Positions 1-9,202 of a stretch of DNA of 64,000 nucleotides are shown one piece after another (within the stretch, counting starts at the first letter, position 1; every line of letters begins with the position of its first letter). The position numbers and the translations under genes are program-made. The stretch comes from a bacterium. Its GTDB lineage: Bacteria > UBA8248. Location: NCBI GenBank assembly GCA_965213625.1, contig CBDBZU010000004.1, forward strand, positions 2,144,001 through 2,208,000. The letters are read 5' to 3'. The notes under the pieces are model-generated. The model worked only from the letters and a program-made list of their open reading frames with translations. It had not been told where the DNA came from and ran no database searches.

Positions 1-63
1 GATGTCCATCACCAGAAAAGGCTTGATGCCCGAGATGCGCGGCGGGACGGAGAGTTCCTTCAT
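1..63 (-). CDS. 5' end of a probable PLP-dependent aminotransferase (class I/II), runs off the window
   Basis: Manual translation from ATG at 63 gives MKELSVPPRISGIKPFLVMDI, matching the typical RxxxIxPFxVMDI N-terminus of class I aminotransferases. Confidence 0.6.
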   Translation of the reverse strand, partial: MKELSVPPRISGIKPFLVMDI

Positions 64-265
64 GTTTTTCTGACCTTTCGGGTTTCTGATTGATTTTTAA
101 TTAGTTGCTCCCCTGCAAGGCTAGTGGTAAACTGTATTGAACTCAAGACGTTACACGGAATTTTGATAAACTTTTAATTGGGAATCAAAGAATTTTCCAC
201 CCCGGCTTTGCTCCCTCGACGAGGGCGGGGTTGTGGGTAAGTCTGGGTAAGAAGGGGGGAGTCCT

Positions 266-559
266 TTGACGAAAATCGACATCATAAATCTCGTATCGGA
301 AGATACCGGTCTCAGTAAAGTAAAAGCGGAAGAAGCATTCGAGACGATTATCCACACCATCAAGGAATCCCTCCAGAACGGCGATTCGGTCATTTTGAGG
401 CGCTTCGGTTCTTTTCAGGTGAGAGAGAAGAACGCTCGCGTGGGGCGCAACCCGAAGACGGGTCAGGAAGCGCCCATCAGCGCGCGCCGCGTCGTGCGCT
501 TCAAGGCGGGCAAGCACTTCAAGGATGCGGTGAACGGCGCCGAGGTGAAATTTCACTGA
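266..559 (+). CDS. hup: HU/IHF family DNA-binding protein
   Basis: 97 aa with MTKxD start and FGSFQVREKNARVGRNPKTG signature; TTG start after a purine-rich RBS. Confidence 0.93.
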   Translation: MTKIDIINLVSEDTGLSKVKAEEAFETIIHTIKESLQNGDSVILRRFGSFQVREKNARVGRNPKTGQEAPISARRVVRFKAGKHFKDAVNGAEVKFH

Positions 560-580
560 GCCGGTGAATCACCCGTTCAC

Positions 581-1612
581 CTAGTCTATCAGCATGGCGT
601 CCCCGTAGCTGTAGAATCGGTATCCCTCTTCAATCGCCTCCGCGTATGCGCTCAATATTTTCTCCCCGCCCGCGAACGCCGACACGAGCATGAGCAGGGT
701 CGAACGCGGCAGGTGGAAATTCGTCAGCATCATGTCCACCACCTGAAACCGAAATCCCGGCCTAATGAACAGGCGGGTGCTGAACTCCCCTGCCTGTAGC
801 GTCCGGCCGCGCGTGGCCGCCTCGATATATGCGGACTCCAGAGCCCGAACCACCGTCGTGCCCACGGCCAGAATGCGGCCGCCGCCCGCTTTGGTCTCGT
901 GGATCGAGGCGATAGCTTCTTCGCTGAGAATATAGCTTTCCGCGTCCATCTCGTGTTCATCGACGTTTTCCGCCTGAACTGGCCGGAACGTGCCAGCTCC
1001 CACGTGGAGGGTGAGCCGGGCGATGCGCGCGCCGGCGGCCGATATGTCTTCGAGCATCTTCTCGCTCAGGTGCAGGCCCGCAGTGGGCGCGGCGACGGCC
1101 CCCGGGTTTTGGGCGAATACGGTCTGGTAGCGCTCCTTGTCGATCTCCTCGGCGCATCGCTCCAGATAAGGCGGAATCGGCATCTCGCCAAAAGATTCCA
1201 GCCATGCGGCGAGACCATACGGGGAGGAAAATTCGAGTTCCCTTTCCAGACCTTGGGGCCCGAGCGTGGCGTGATGCGCCTCGTCGAAAACGATAGTTTC
1301 GCCCTCGGGCAGCGGGCGGTTGGCGTGCGCCATGGCGCGGAATTTTCCGGGGGAGAGCTGTTTGAGCAGCAGAACCTCCACCCGGCCTCCGCTCTTGCGC
1401 CTGCCGTGTATCCGCCACGGGTTGACCTTCGTGTCGTTTATGACGAGCAGGTCCCCCGGGCGCAGACGGCGCGGCAGGTCGGTGACCTGCAGATGCGCGA
1501 TCTTTTCGCCCTCTCTGGGAAGATGGAGGAGTCTCGCGTCTTCCCGGTGCGGTGGCGGATACCGGGCGATGAGGTTTCGGGGCAGGTGGTAGTCGAAGTC
1601 ATCGAGTTTCAT
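581..1612 (-). CDS. queA: S-adenosylmethionine:tRNA ribosyltransferase-isomerase
   Basis: MKLDDFDYHLP, RYQTVFA, GAVAAPTAGLH, TLHVGAGTF, TNFHLPRSTL and YRFYSYGDAMLI motifs. Confidence 0.97.
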   Translation of the reverse strand: MKLDDFDYHLPRNLIARYPPPHREDARLLHLPREGEKIAHLQVTDLPRRLRPGDLLVINDTKVNPWRIHGRRKSGGRVEVLLLKQLSPGKFRAMAHANRPLPEGETIVFDEAHHATLGPQGLERELEFSSPYGLAAWLESFGEMPIPPYLERCAEEIDKERYQTVFAQNPGAVAAPTAGLHLSEKMLEDISAAGARIARLTLHVGAGTFRPVQAENVDEHEMDAESYILSEEAIASIHETKAGGGRILAVGTTVVRALESAYIEAATRGRTLQAGEFSTRLFIRPGFRFQVVDMMLTNFHLPRSTLLMLVSAFAGGEKILSAYAEAIEEGYRFYSYGDAMLID

Positions 1613-1657
1613 GCGTCTCACGCTCTGCGCAGGTTGCCTTCTGGACGACGCCCGAAG

Positions 1658-2485
1658 TCAGTCTTCTTCACCCGGGCGGGACGAAACGGCGGACTCATGC
1701 GGCTCGTCTTTTTCCCCCGGATGAAATAGTTTCCAGATCGCCTGCCGCAGCACGCCCCGCATCACCCGCACCTCTCTCTCGTCCGGCCCCAGCCTGTCGA
1801 GCATCTTCCTGAATGTCCGGGCTACGCGATCCGGGTCGTTGTGGGGCACGAAGCCAATCTGCTCCATGGATTCGATGAGGTGATCCACCAGGCCCTCGAT
1901 TTCCTCGCGCGATGCGAGTTCAAGTTCATGCGCGCGCTCGCGCTTCGCATCGCTTTCTCGGGCAGGAGTGTTCTCCTGGTTTTGGCTGAAAAGTTCCCAC
2001 AAAATGATCAACACGGCCTGGGAAAGGTTGAATGACTCGCCATCGGGAAGCGCCGGAATGAGGAGCCTTTCCTGGCACAGGCTCAATTCCTCGGTGAACA
2101 GGCCCTTGTCCTCCTGCCCGAACACCAGGCCGACTTTCATGCCAGATGCACGCTCGAGCAAAGCGCCCGCATCCTCTCTCGGGCGCATGGTGGGCTGTCG
2201 TTTTCTGCCAAGGCGCCTCGACGTTCCCACCAGCCAGCCGCAATCGTGCGAAGCCTCGCGCAGGCTGGCGAAATGCTTCGCGCCCGCCAGAAGGGGTTGC
2301 GCTTTCATGGCCATGGAGCGCGTCTCCACGCTTTTGACGTCGCATTGCGGCGCGACGAGGCGCAAGTCCGACAGGCCGAAGTGTGACATGACGCGCGCAA
2401 TGGCGCCCACGTTGCCCGCGCCCCTCGGTCGCACGAGGATGACGGCGAAATCGGCATTTTCTTCCAGAGAAACGGGCTCGTCCAT
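1658..2485 (-). CDS. trmJ: SPOUT RNA methyltransferase, TrmJ/LasT family
   Basis: ILVRPRGAGNVGAIARVM, GLVFGQEDKGL and SFNLSQAV motifs; C-terminal EVRVMRGVLRQ. Confidence 0.85.
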   Translation of the reverse strand: MDEPVSLEENADFAVILVRPRGAGNVGAIARVMSHFGLSDLRLVAPQCDVKSVETRSMAMKAQPLLAGAKHFASLREASHDCGWLVGTSRRLGRKRQPTMRPREDAGALLERASGMKVGLVFGQEDKGLFTEELSLCQERLLIPALPDGESFNLSQAVLIILWELFSQNQENTPARESDAKRERAHELELASREEIEGLVDHLIESMEQIGFVPHNDPDRVARTFRKMLDRLGPDEREVRVMRGVLRQAIWKLFHPGEKDEPHESAVSSRPGEED

Positions 2486-2694
2486 GAGGTGAAATCACCA
2501 TAATGCGAAAACAGGAATTCGGTGGCTCACCCGCCCGGAGGCAACATTCATCATGCCGCCCCGACGCGGGCGTCGCTCGTTTCCTCCTCATAGCACGAAG
2601 AAGCCCGGCCTGCCATGAACGAATCGGGTGTGAACGCCGAAATTCACACAGGGGCAGTGTCATCCGTTCCGTTTTGACGTAATATGGACGCGCT

Positions 2695-3087
2695 ATGAGT
2701 TCCGACATCACGCGAACATTCGAGGGCGGGAACCTGCACGAGTTGGCGGAATTTCTGGTGACGCCCGCCCGCTCGGGCATATTCCTGACGAGGAGCCGCA
2801 TCCGCGCCCTGGCGTTGGAGATGGGCCTGCGCGCGGGTGTCCAGAACCGGGCCAGAATGCTGGAGAATCTTTTCCGCGAAGCGGGTTCGGACGGCCGGGT
2901 TCGGGAACTGCTCAGGAGAATCGACGGGGTGGCGGAGGAGAATCTCGCCCGGTACCGCGCCTGGTCGAAGGCGTGCCCGCCGTCCAAAGCCGCGTGGCGC
3001 GACTGGAGCAAGAAGACGCGGGAATTAAGACGCCACCTCACGCAGGCCCAAAAGTGGGCGAGCGCCATGAAAGAGGAAGCCCCGTAG
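2695..3087 (+). CDS. hypothetical protein, 130 aa, helical
   Basis: ATG-start ORF with host-like codon usage filling the gap, convergent on the TorD-family gene. Confidence 0.7.
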   Translation: MSSDITRTFEGGNLHELAEFLVTPARSGIFLTRSRIRALALEMGLRAGVQNRARMLENLFREAGSDGRVRELLRRIDGVAEENLARYRAWSKACPPSKAAWRDWSKKTRELRRHLTQAQKWASAMKEEAP

Positions 3088-3109
3088 CAGGAATGGCCGC
3101 CCCTTGTCC

Positions 3110-3748
3110 CTAAAGTATCCCGGCGATGTATTTCCTGTCCGAGAAGGCGAACTCGCGTATCCATCCGGCGAGTGCGCGGTAGAGGTACGTTTCCGCGTCC
3201 TCTTCCATGCTCGACGTGTAGACGGGCATCCAGCCCATGAGGTGCTCATCCATGAACCGCGCGCACAAACCCAGTTTCTCCCGCGCGAGGTCGGCGTTTT
3301 CCTCCTCCCAGGCGTCCGCTTCTTCCGTGGCGAGTCGGGCCAGGAATTCCAGCTCCACACTCAGGTGATCCACCGCCAGCACGCTGGACTGGGAGAGAGC
3401 GGCGCTTCCACGGCCGGGGTTGTAGCCGCAGGCGCGGTAGAAATCGGCGACCGCATCCGTCCGCTTCGAGTTCAGATGCCCGCTCTCATCCATCAGGGCG
3501 GCTTCGTAGGGAGGGGAGGAGAGCACGAACAGGTTCGTGAAATCGACCCTGAGTTTCTGGAGGGCCTCTTCGGTGACCTCGAATGCTTCGGGGAAGAGGA
3601 ACGGGTAGTTCTCGCGCAGGAAGCCTGCGAGTTCCGTGTCGAGCGGGTCGAGCATCGCCCGCGCCTGCACCCGGTAGAGTTGCGCGCGGAGCCTCGCTTG
3701 CTCGGCGTATTCAGCGTGTGAGGCGCGGCGCTTCCAGCGGAGACTCAT
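3110..3748 (-). CDS. TorD/DmsD family molybdoenzyme maturation chaperone
   Basis: PPYEAA and DHLSVELEFL..FMDEHLMGW motifs; ATG at 3748 overlaps the upstream stop (ATGA). Confidence 0.88.
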   Translation of the reverse strand: MSLRWKRRASHAEYAEQARLRAQLYRVQARAMLDPLDTELAGFLRENYPFLFPEAFEVTEEALQKLRVDFTNLFVLSSPPYEAALMDESGHLNSKRTDAVADFYRACGYNPGRGSAALSQSSVLAVDHLSVELEFLARLATEEADAWEEENADLAREKLGLCARFMDEHLMGWMPVYTSSMEEDAETYLYRALAGWIREFAFSDRKYIAGIL

Positions 3749-6621
3749 TCGGTAATGGTGTAGGCCTCGGCCTGGGGCTTGTTGGGCCGGGCGAACCACA
3801 GCGGGCGCCTGAGGTTGTCGGGGCCGGGGGCCGGCTTCGTCATCTCGAGCCACTGCTTGTAGTGCTCGAAGCTCTTCTTCGTGTCGACGCTGATGTCGCC
3901 GTAGCGATCCGCCGCCCCCGCCTTCGTCACCCGCACCTTCTGGTGCCAGCAGTGCATCCCGCTCACCGGGTCGGGGTTGACCGGGAAGGTGAGGTTCTGG
4001 TTCACGCCCACCTCGCGCCACCAGATGCGCTCCGTGTCCGGGTCGTCGCTCTTGAAGGGCTGGACGCCGTGGACCTGGCGCATGGTGTATTCCCCATCCC
4101 CCTTCTCGTCGAGGCGAACGACGGCGGAGGCGATCTTGGGCGCGCCCTGGTCTTCGCTCAGGCGCCAGCGGCCCAGGTGGTGCGCCATGGCGACGATGCC
4201 CGGCCTCAGTCCCTCCGTCACCCAGCATCTGGTGACGAAATGGCCAATCCCGGTCTCGACCTTCGCCAGGTCGCCCGTGTTCAGCCCGAGTCGCTTGGCG
4301 TCGTCCGTGTGGAGCCACAGCGGGTTGTTGTGGGTGATCTCATAAAGCCATTTCACGGCCGAGCGCGTATGGATGAGGGTGGCGAGGCGATAGTTGGGCA
4401 GCAGGTCGAACTCGTTGTCATCTCGGTTCATGTCGCGCCAGTAGACGTGGGTCTTCATGTACTTGGGTATCGCCTCATCGTTCCAGTTCCAGGCTGCCAT
4501 GGTCGGGCTGTAGAACTCGAGTTTCTTGGACGGCGTGTGGAAGCCCTCTCTCGCTCTTCCCCGGCTCATGTTGCCGATGAGCGCGCCGTCTTTCCAGACC
4601 GAGCCTGTCGCCTCATCCACGTGGGCGTCGTGCATGGCTTCGTCCGATAGCTCGTGCATGTGGGGTTCGTACACGTTTTCCTGCACGGCGAAAACGCCGT
4701 ATTTGCGCATGTATTCAAGCGGCGTCATGCCTTCCTTCTCGGCGGCCTCGGGCAGGCCCGGAACGCCGTTCTCGAACATCCACTGGTAGTATTCGTTTAC
4801 CGTTATCTTCTCGCCCGGCCTGTAGGGGCTCTCGAAATACTGCCGGATGCCGAGCGAACCGTCGGGGTCGATGCGCCAGGAGAGTTCGATGTGGAGCTCG
4901 TCCTCTTCCCACACCTCGCCGGGGTTCGTCTCGCGCGAGGTCTCGAACGTCTCGCCCATTTTTTCGCGGAGCGCCCGAAGCACCGGCTGGCGGAAGCCCA
5001 CCCATTTCGTGGGGTGCGTCTCCTGGCTCTGGTTGTCGTGTCGCTCCGTCGCGTTGCCCATCGGGAGAATGTAGTCCGCGAACCACGCCGTCTCGCTCCA
5101 GGTGGGGGTGAGCGCCACGTGGCAACCAATCTTGTCGTGGTCCTTGAGCATGTCCACCCACATGAAGCCGTCAGGGTTCGTCCACACCGGGTTGTAGACC
5201 CGCGTGAAGTAGACGTCGACGCTGTGGCCCTTGTCCTTCATGAGATGGGGCATCAGGAAGCTCATCTCGAAGAAGGCGAGGGGGTATTCCCGGGGGAAGA
5301 GAAGCTCGTTCCAGTCTTTGGGGCCCGGAGCGGGATTGGGGTGTTTGGGAACGAACTTGTGCGTGTTCGCCAGGTGGGTTCCGCCCACCGTGCCCACCGC
5401 GCCCGTAAGCGACGGCAAAAAGTGCAGACACCGCGCCACCTGCCAGCCGTGCAAGTTGCCTGTGGCGGCCGCGCGCCAGACGTGGACGCAAAGGCGGCTG
5501 CCGGCGCGGGCGACGACCTGGGCGACTTCGGCGATCAAGTCAACGGACACGCCCGTCTCCTCAGCCGCGTATTCGAAGGTGAACTCCGCGTATTCCTCTT
5601 TTAGCTTCTCAACGAAGTTCTCGAAACTCGCCTCCTCGTCGGGGTGGACGGTCCGCATGTATTCGGTCCAGTTCATCCACTCCTCGACGAACTGCGCGTC
5701 GAACTGTCCGGTATCGAGCAGGTAGCGCGCGATGGCGAGCAGAATCGCGCTCTCGGTTCCGCTGTAGGCGGGCAGCCAGTAGTCGGCCTTCGCCGCCGTG
5801 TTGGAGAGCCTGGGGTCAATCACGATGAGCTTGGCCCCGCTCGTCTGCGCCTCGATGATGCGCTGGGCCGAGGGGTTGTAGTAGTGGCCCGTGTCGAGGT
5901 GGCTGCTGATGAGCAGGATGGCGTCGGCGTTCGTGAAATCGGGCGAGGGCCTGTCCGACCCGTTCCAGAGGAACTGGCCGATGCGGGCGGAGGAGCTGCA
6001 CACGTTCGTGTGGCTGTTATGGCCGTCCACGCCCCAGCCGGCGAGCGTCTTGAACATGTAGCCGTCCTCGCCGGGGCGTCCCACGTGGTAGATGACGCCG
6101 TTTCGCCGCTCCGCCAGGATCGCTTCTCTGATGCGTCCGGCGATGTCGTCGAGCGCCTCGTCCCAGCTCACGCGCTCCCATTTCCCCTCGCCGCGCTCGC
6201 CCACGCGTTTCAGGGGATAGAAGATGCGGTCGGGGTCGTAGACCTGGTTGAGCGTCACCCAGCCTTTCGCACAGTTGCGTCCGCGCGAGGCGGGGTGGAG
6301 CGGGTTTCCCTCGATTTTCCGGATCTTCATGTCGTCTTTGTCGACGTAGGCCAGGAGTCCGCAGCCCGCCTCGCAGTTGAAGCAGAGGGTCGGGACCAGC
6401 GCGTAGTTTCTCGCCACCTTCTGCGGCCACTTGGTGCTCTCGTATTCCGTCCAGTTGTCCCATTGGTCCGGGCTCGGGTAGGAGGTGAGAGCGCCGTTCG
6501 TGTTCGTGTAGTTGAGTTGACCCGCAGGCGCCGCGGGCGGCGCCTTGGCCAGCAGATCGGGGCGGCCCAGTGAGGCGATGTCGCGTGCGCCCTTGCCGAC
6601 TTGTAGATGACTTGTGCTCAT
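3745..6621 (-). CDS. Mo/W-bisPGD oxidoreductase catalytic subunit (polysulfide/thiosulfate-reductase-like clade), no Tat signal
   Basis: CFNCEAGC...NCAKG [4Fe-4S] motif, RIFYPLKRVGERGEGKWERVSWDEALD, HTNVCSS Cys-ligand region and a C-terminal molydopterin-binding domain. Confidence 0.92.
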   Translation of the reverse strand: MSTSHLQVGKGARDIASLGRPDLLAKAPPAAPAGQLNYTNTNGALTSYPSPDQWDNWTEYESTKWPQKVARNYALVPTLCFNCEAGCGLLAYVDKDDMKIRKIEGNPLHPASRGRNCAKGWVTLNQVYDPDRIFYPLKRVGERGEGKWERVSWDEALDDIAGRIREAILAERRNGVIYHVGRPGEDGYMFKTLAGWGVDGHNSHTNVCSSSARIGQFLWNGSDRPSPDFTNADAILLISSHLDTGHYYNPSAQRIIEAQTSGAKLIVIDPRLSNTAAKADYWLPAYSGTESAILLAIARYLLDTGQFDAQFVEEWMNWTEYMRTVHPDEEASFENFVEKLKEEYAEFTFEYAAEETGVSVDLIAEVAQVVARAGSRLCVHVWRAAATGNLHGWQVARCLHFLPSLTGAVGTVGGTHLANTHKFVPKHPNPAPGPKDWNELLFPREYPLAFFEMSFLMPHLMKDKGHSVDVYFTRVYNPVWTNPDGFMWVDMLKDHDKIGCHVALTPTWSETAWFADYILPMGNATERHDNQSQETHPTKWVGFRQPVLRALREKMGETFETSRETNPGEVWEEDELHIELSWRIDPDGSLGIRQYFESPYRPGEKITVNEYYQWMFENGVPGLPEAAEKEGMTPLEYMRKYGVFAVQENVYEPHMHELSDEAMHDAHVDEATGSVWKDGALIGNMSRGRAREGFHTPSKKLEFYSPTMAAWNWNDEAIPKYMKTHVYWRDMNRDDNEFDLLPNYRLATLIHTRSAVKWLYEITHNNPLWLHTDDAKRLGLNTGDLAKVETGIGHFVTRCWVTEGLRPGIVAMAHHLGRWRLSEDQGAPKIASAVVRLDEKGDGEYTMRQVHGVQPFKSDDPDTERIWWREVGVNQNLTFPVNPDPVSGMHCWHQKVRVTKAGAADRYGDISVDTKKSFEHYKQWLEMTKPAPGPDNLRRPLWFARPNKPQAEAYTITE

Positions 6622-6639
6622 GCTTTTGAAGCTCCCGTA

Positions 6640-8160
6640 TTACGAAAGGGGAACGGCCTGTCCGGCCTTCACCCAGATTTTATCCCAAAGATACGCGCCC
6701 GCCGTGGCCATGATGCCGGCCAGGACCGCGCCGAAACCACCGAAGCCTCCCGCCCAAAGCAGGAGCAGGGGAGCGAGGCATCCCACGGCGATGGCGCCTC
6801 CCCAGAAATCGTTCTTGAACGGCCCGTTCGTCAGCAGGTGGATCGCCCGCTCATGCGCAACGGAGCCGAATCGATGCACGAGAATCGAGAACACCAGGAT
6901 GCTCAGATGCAGCAGAACGAGAACGGCGAGCAGCCCGCCCAGGATGTTCAGGGCCGAGGCCTGATTCTGTATCGGGAAGAGCGTGGCGAAGAGAAGCAGG
7001 ATTGCCGCCCCCTTCAGGCCCGATTGCACGCCGATGTCCAGAGTGTTCTCGCTTCCTTTCCACAAATCGCGCGCCGAGGCCTGGGCGAAGAAAAAGCCCG
7101 TATATATCGAGGCAAGCACGCCCATGATGATGGTGGGCCACAGGATGAGGTTCATGAAGCCCGTCGCGCCGAACAGGGCGCCAATCACCCATAGGAGGGT
7201 GAAGACGCCGTCGAGCGCGATGAACCACGTGCCCCACGCCATCCAGCTTCCCCAGTTCGAGCGCAGCATGATGTAGTAGAACCGCTCGGGCCGCTTGAGG
7301 TCGGTGATGAGCACAGCTCCCGTCGCGGCGAGGAGGATGCCGCTCAGTGCGGGCATCCAGAAGGAGAAAAGCGAGCTCTTGTAGCCGAACATCCACATGA
7401 AGAGGCTGATGACCAGAAGACCCGTGCTCGCGCCCTTGGTCAGCAGATAGGTGATGATCTTCGTCTCCCAGGGAACCTCGTGGAAGGTGTCGTACACGGT
7501 GCGGCTCTCGCCGGGCTTGTTCTCCCACTCGGGCACGACGTCTTCTTTTTCCATGTCCATCTCGCCCTGCTTGTAGATGCCCGACTGGCCCGCCTCGGTG
7601 GGGTCCAGGAGCTGGCGGCTGCCCTCGAGATAATAGATGTTGGGCGCCGTGTTGTATTCGGGCTTTCTCACGTTGTAGGGGCGCTGCGTGGTGAGTTTCG
7701 ATATCTTCGAATCCGCATCCTCGACGTCGCCGAACACGCGGCACTGCGTGGGACAGACCACCACGCAGGCGGGTTCCAGATTCGCTTCAAGGCGGTTTGC
7801 GCAGAAGTTGCATTTCTCCGCCGTCATCGTGTTGGGGTCGATGAAGAGCTGATCGTAAGGACAGGCCGCGATGCAGGATTTGCACCCGATGCACCAGTCC
7901 GGGTCCAGGTCCACGATTCCGTCGCTGCGCCTGAAGAGTGCCTTCGTCGGGCAGATGTTCTGGCACGGCGCGTCGTCGCACTGATTGCACAGGACGGGCA
8001 GAAATTCCCTCCTGGTGCTAGGGAAGGAGCCTTTTTCGACTTCCTTCACCCAGCATCGCCAGACGCCGATGGGAATATCGTGTTCGGATTTACAGGCGAT
8101 CGTGCATGCGTGGCATCCGATGCAGGACTCGAGGTCGATCGCCATTGCGTACTTGGGCAT
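6640..8160 (-). CDS. Fused four-cluster Fe-S subunit (DmsB/NrfC-like) and NrfD/PsrC membrane anchor
   Basis: CIGCHACTIAC, CNQCDDAPCQNICP, CIGCKSCIAACP and KCNFC..PACVVVCP, then about 8 TM helices with DLKRPERF and SWMAWG. Confidence 0.92.
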   Translation of the reverse strand: MPKYAMAIDLESCIGCHACTIACKSEHDIPIGVWRCWVKEVEKGSFPSTRREFLPVLCNQCDDAPCQNICPTKALFRRSDGIVDLDPDWCIGCKSCIAACPYDQLFIDPNTMTAEKCNFCANRLEANLEPACVVVCPTQCRVFGDVEDADSKISKLTTQRPYNVRKPEYNTAPNIYYLEGSRQLLDPTEAGQSGIYKQGEMDMEKEDVVPEWENKPGESRTVYDTFHEVPWETKIITYLLTKGASTGLLVISLFMWMFGYKSSLFSFWMPALSGILLAATGAVLITDLKRPERFYYIMLRSNWGSWMAWGTWFIALDGVFTLLWVIGALFGATGFMNLILWPTIIMGVLASIYTGFFFAQASARDLWKGSENTLDIGVQSGLKGAAILLLFATLFPIQNQASALNILGGLLAVLVLLHLSILVFSILVHRFGSVAHERAIHLLTNGPFKNDFWGGAIAVGCLAPLLLLWAGGFGGFGAVLAGIMATAGAYLWDKIWVKAGQAVPLS

Positions 8161-8308
8161 GAAGATTCCTCACTAGTGGTGAAACGTGTTTCTCGTATCG
8201 TGGCTATGGAAGTTCAAAGCTAGAACTTTGCGGCGGGCGTGTCAATTGAGGCAGAGTGATCTGGGTTTTTCGCGTTTTCACGCGCTTTGCCGCTGGGGAG
8301 GAAGGCAG

Positions 8309-8884
8309 GTGGGTGGGGGAGGATCGTTCAATCCGAAACTCGCGTATCTGGCGAGGGGCCTCACGCTCGGGCGGATTCTTGCGATTCCACTTATCGTCTG
8401 GGCGTTGCTCGAAATGGGTTCCGCACCCGATGCACGGTGGCGCCTCTTGCTCATCGCCGCCTACTTATACGCTATCCTGAGCGATCTGATTGACGGCCCG
8501 CTGGCCAGGCGCGCGGGTGCGAAGAGTTATTTCTGGGGACAGGTGGACGCCCTCTCGGACGTGGTCTTCAACGCGACGGCGCTCTTAGCCGCCGCATGGA
8601 CGGGGCGGGTCGGTCCCTTGGCTGCGCTGGGCGTATTGGCGCTTGGCGCTCAGTTTCTCTGGCGTTGCCGGAGGGAAGCCCGGAGCGTGGGCGAGGCGTT
8701 GCCCGAGGATGCGGCGGGAAAGTGGGCGGGGGTCTGTTTTTATGCTCTGGTGGGTGTCGTCGTTTGCGAGACGGGTTTTTCGTGGGATTGGCTCCGGCCC
8801 GTCCTGCCCTGGCTCGGCCGCCTGGTTTTCTTCTACGCCTTATATTTGCTCATCCGGAATGTGCGCTCGCAATCCGGAACCTGA
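8309..8884 (+). CDS. CDP-alcohol phosphatidyltransferase family protein
   Basis: LTLGRI and the DLIDGPLARR...G..VDALSD signature; GTG start after GAGGAAGG. Confidence 0.85.
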   Translation: MGGGGSFNPKLAYLARGLTLGRILAIPLIVWALLEMGSAPDARWRLLLIAAYLYAILSDLIDGPLARRAGAKSYFWGQVDALSDVVFNATALLAAAWTGRVGPLAALGVLALGAQFLWRCRREARSVGEALPEDAAGKWAGVCFYALVGVVVCETGFSWDWLRPVLPWLGRLVFFYALYLLIRNVRSQSGT

Positions 8885-8952
8885 AAAAGACCTGATTTCA
8901 TGATTCGGGGGTATATTCCCTGCCGGGGAGAGAGAAGAATTGCTCTCCCCTT

Positions 8953-9202
8953 GGGGGTTGTTGAAAACTCCTTTCCACTCGGAATTCACGACTGCTGTTA
9001 ATCCGGCGTCATTGCCGTTTCTGCTGTAGGTCGGACATATATGTCCGACATATTATGCGGCCCTGCCTTTTCACCTTCACAATGCGGGTCGCATAATATG
9101 TAGCGCTCCCAAGAAGGGAGTGCTACCTACACGTGTATTGACATCCCGACCAAGGGGCAAGTGGTATTGCCCGGCCCGCACCGACTTTTCCAACAACCCC
9201 CC
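8953..9202. mobile_element. Non-autonomous MITE-like element (shared-terminus family) carrying a GTAG-type palindromic doublet
   Basis: Left end GGGGGTTGTTGAAAACTC, right end GACTTTTCCAACAACCCCCC; abuts the stop codon at 9203. Confidence 0.7.
9026..9130 (+). repeat. GTAG-type REP/REPIN-like palindrome set
   Basis: GTAGGTCGGACATATATGTCCGACA followed by the CATATTATGCGGCCC...GGGTCGCATAATATG inverted pair; homologous to 20416-20499 in the opposite orientation. Confidence 0.7.

Noticed and set aside
3745-3748. Selenocysteine readthrough at the molybdoenzyme TGA
   Set aside because: The TGA overlaps the chaperone ATG in an ordinary ATGA coupling and the protein is already complete
3749-4318. 402-aa version of the TorD ORF
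   Set aside because: The upstream part is a shadow frame of the catalytic subunit; the real start is 3748
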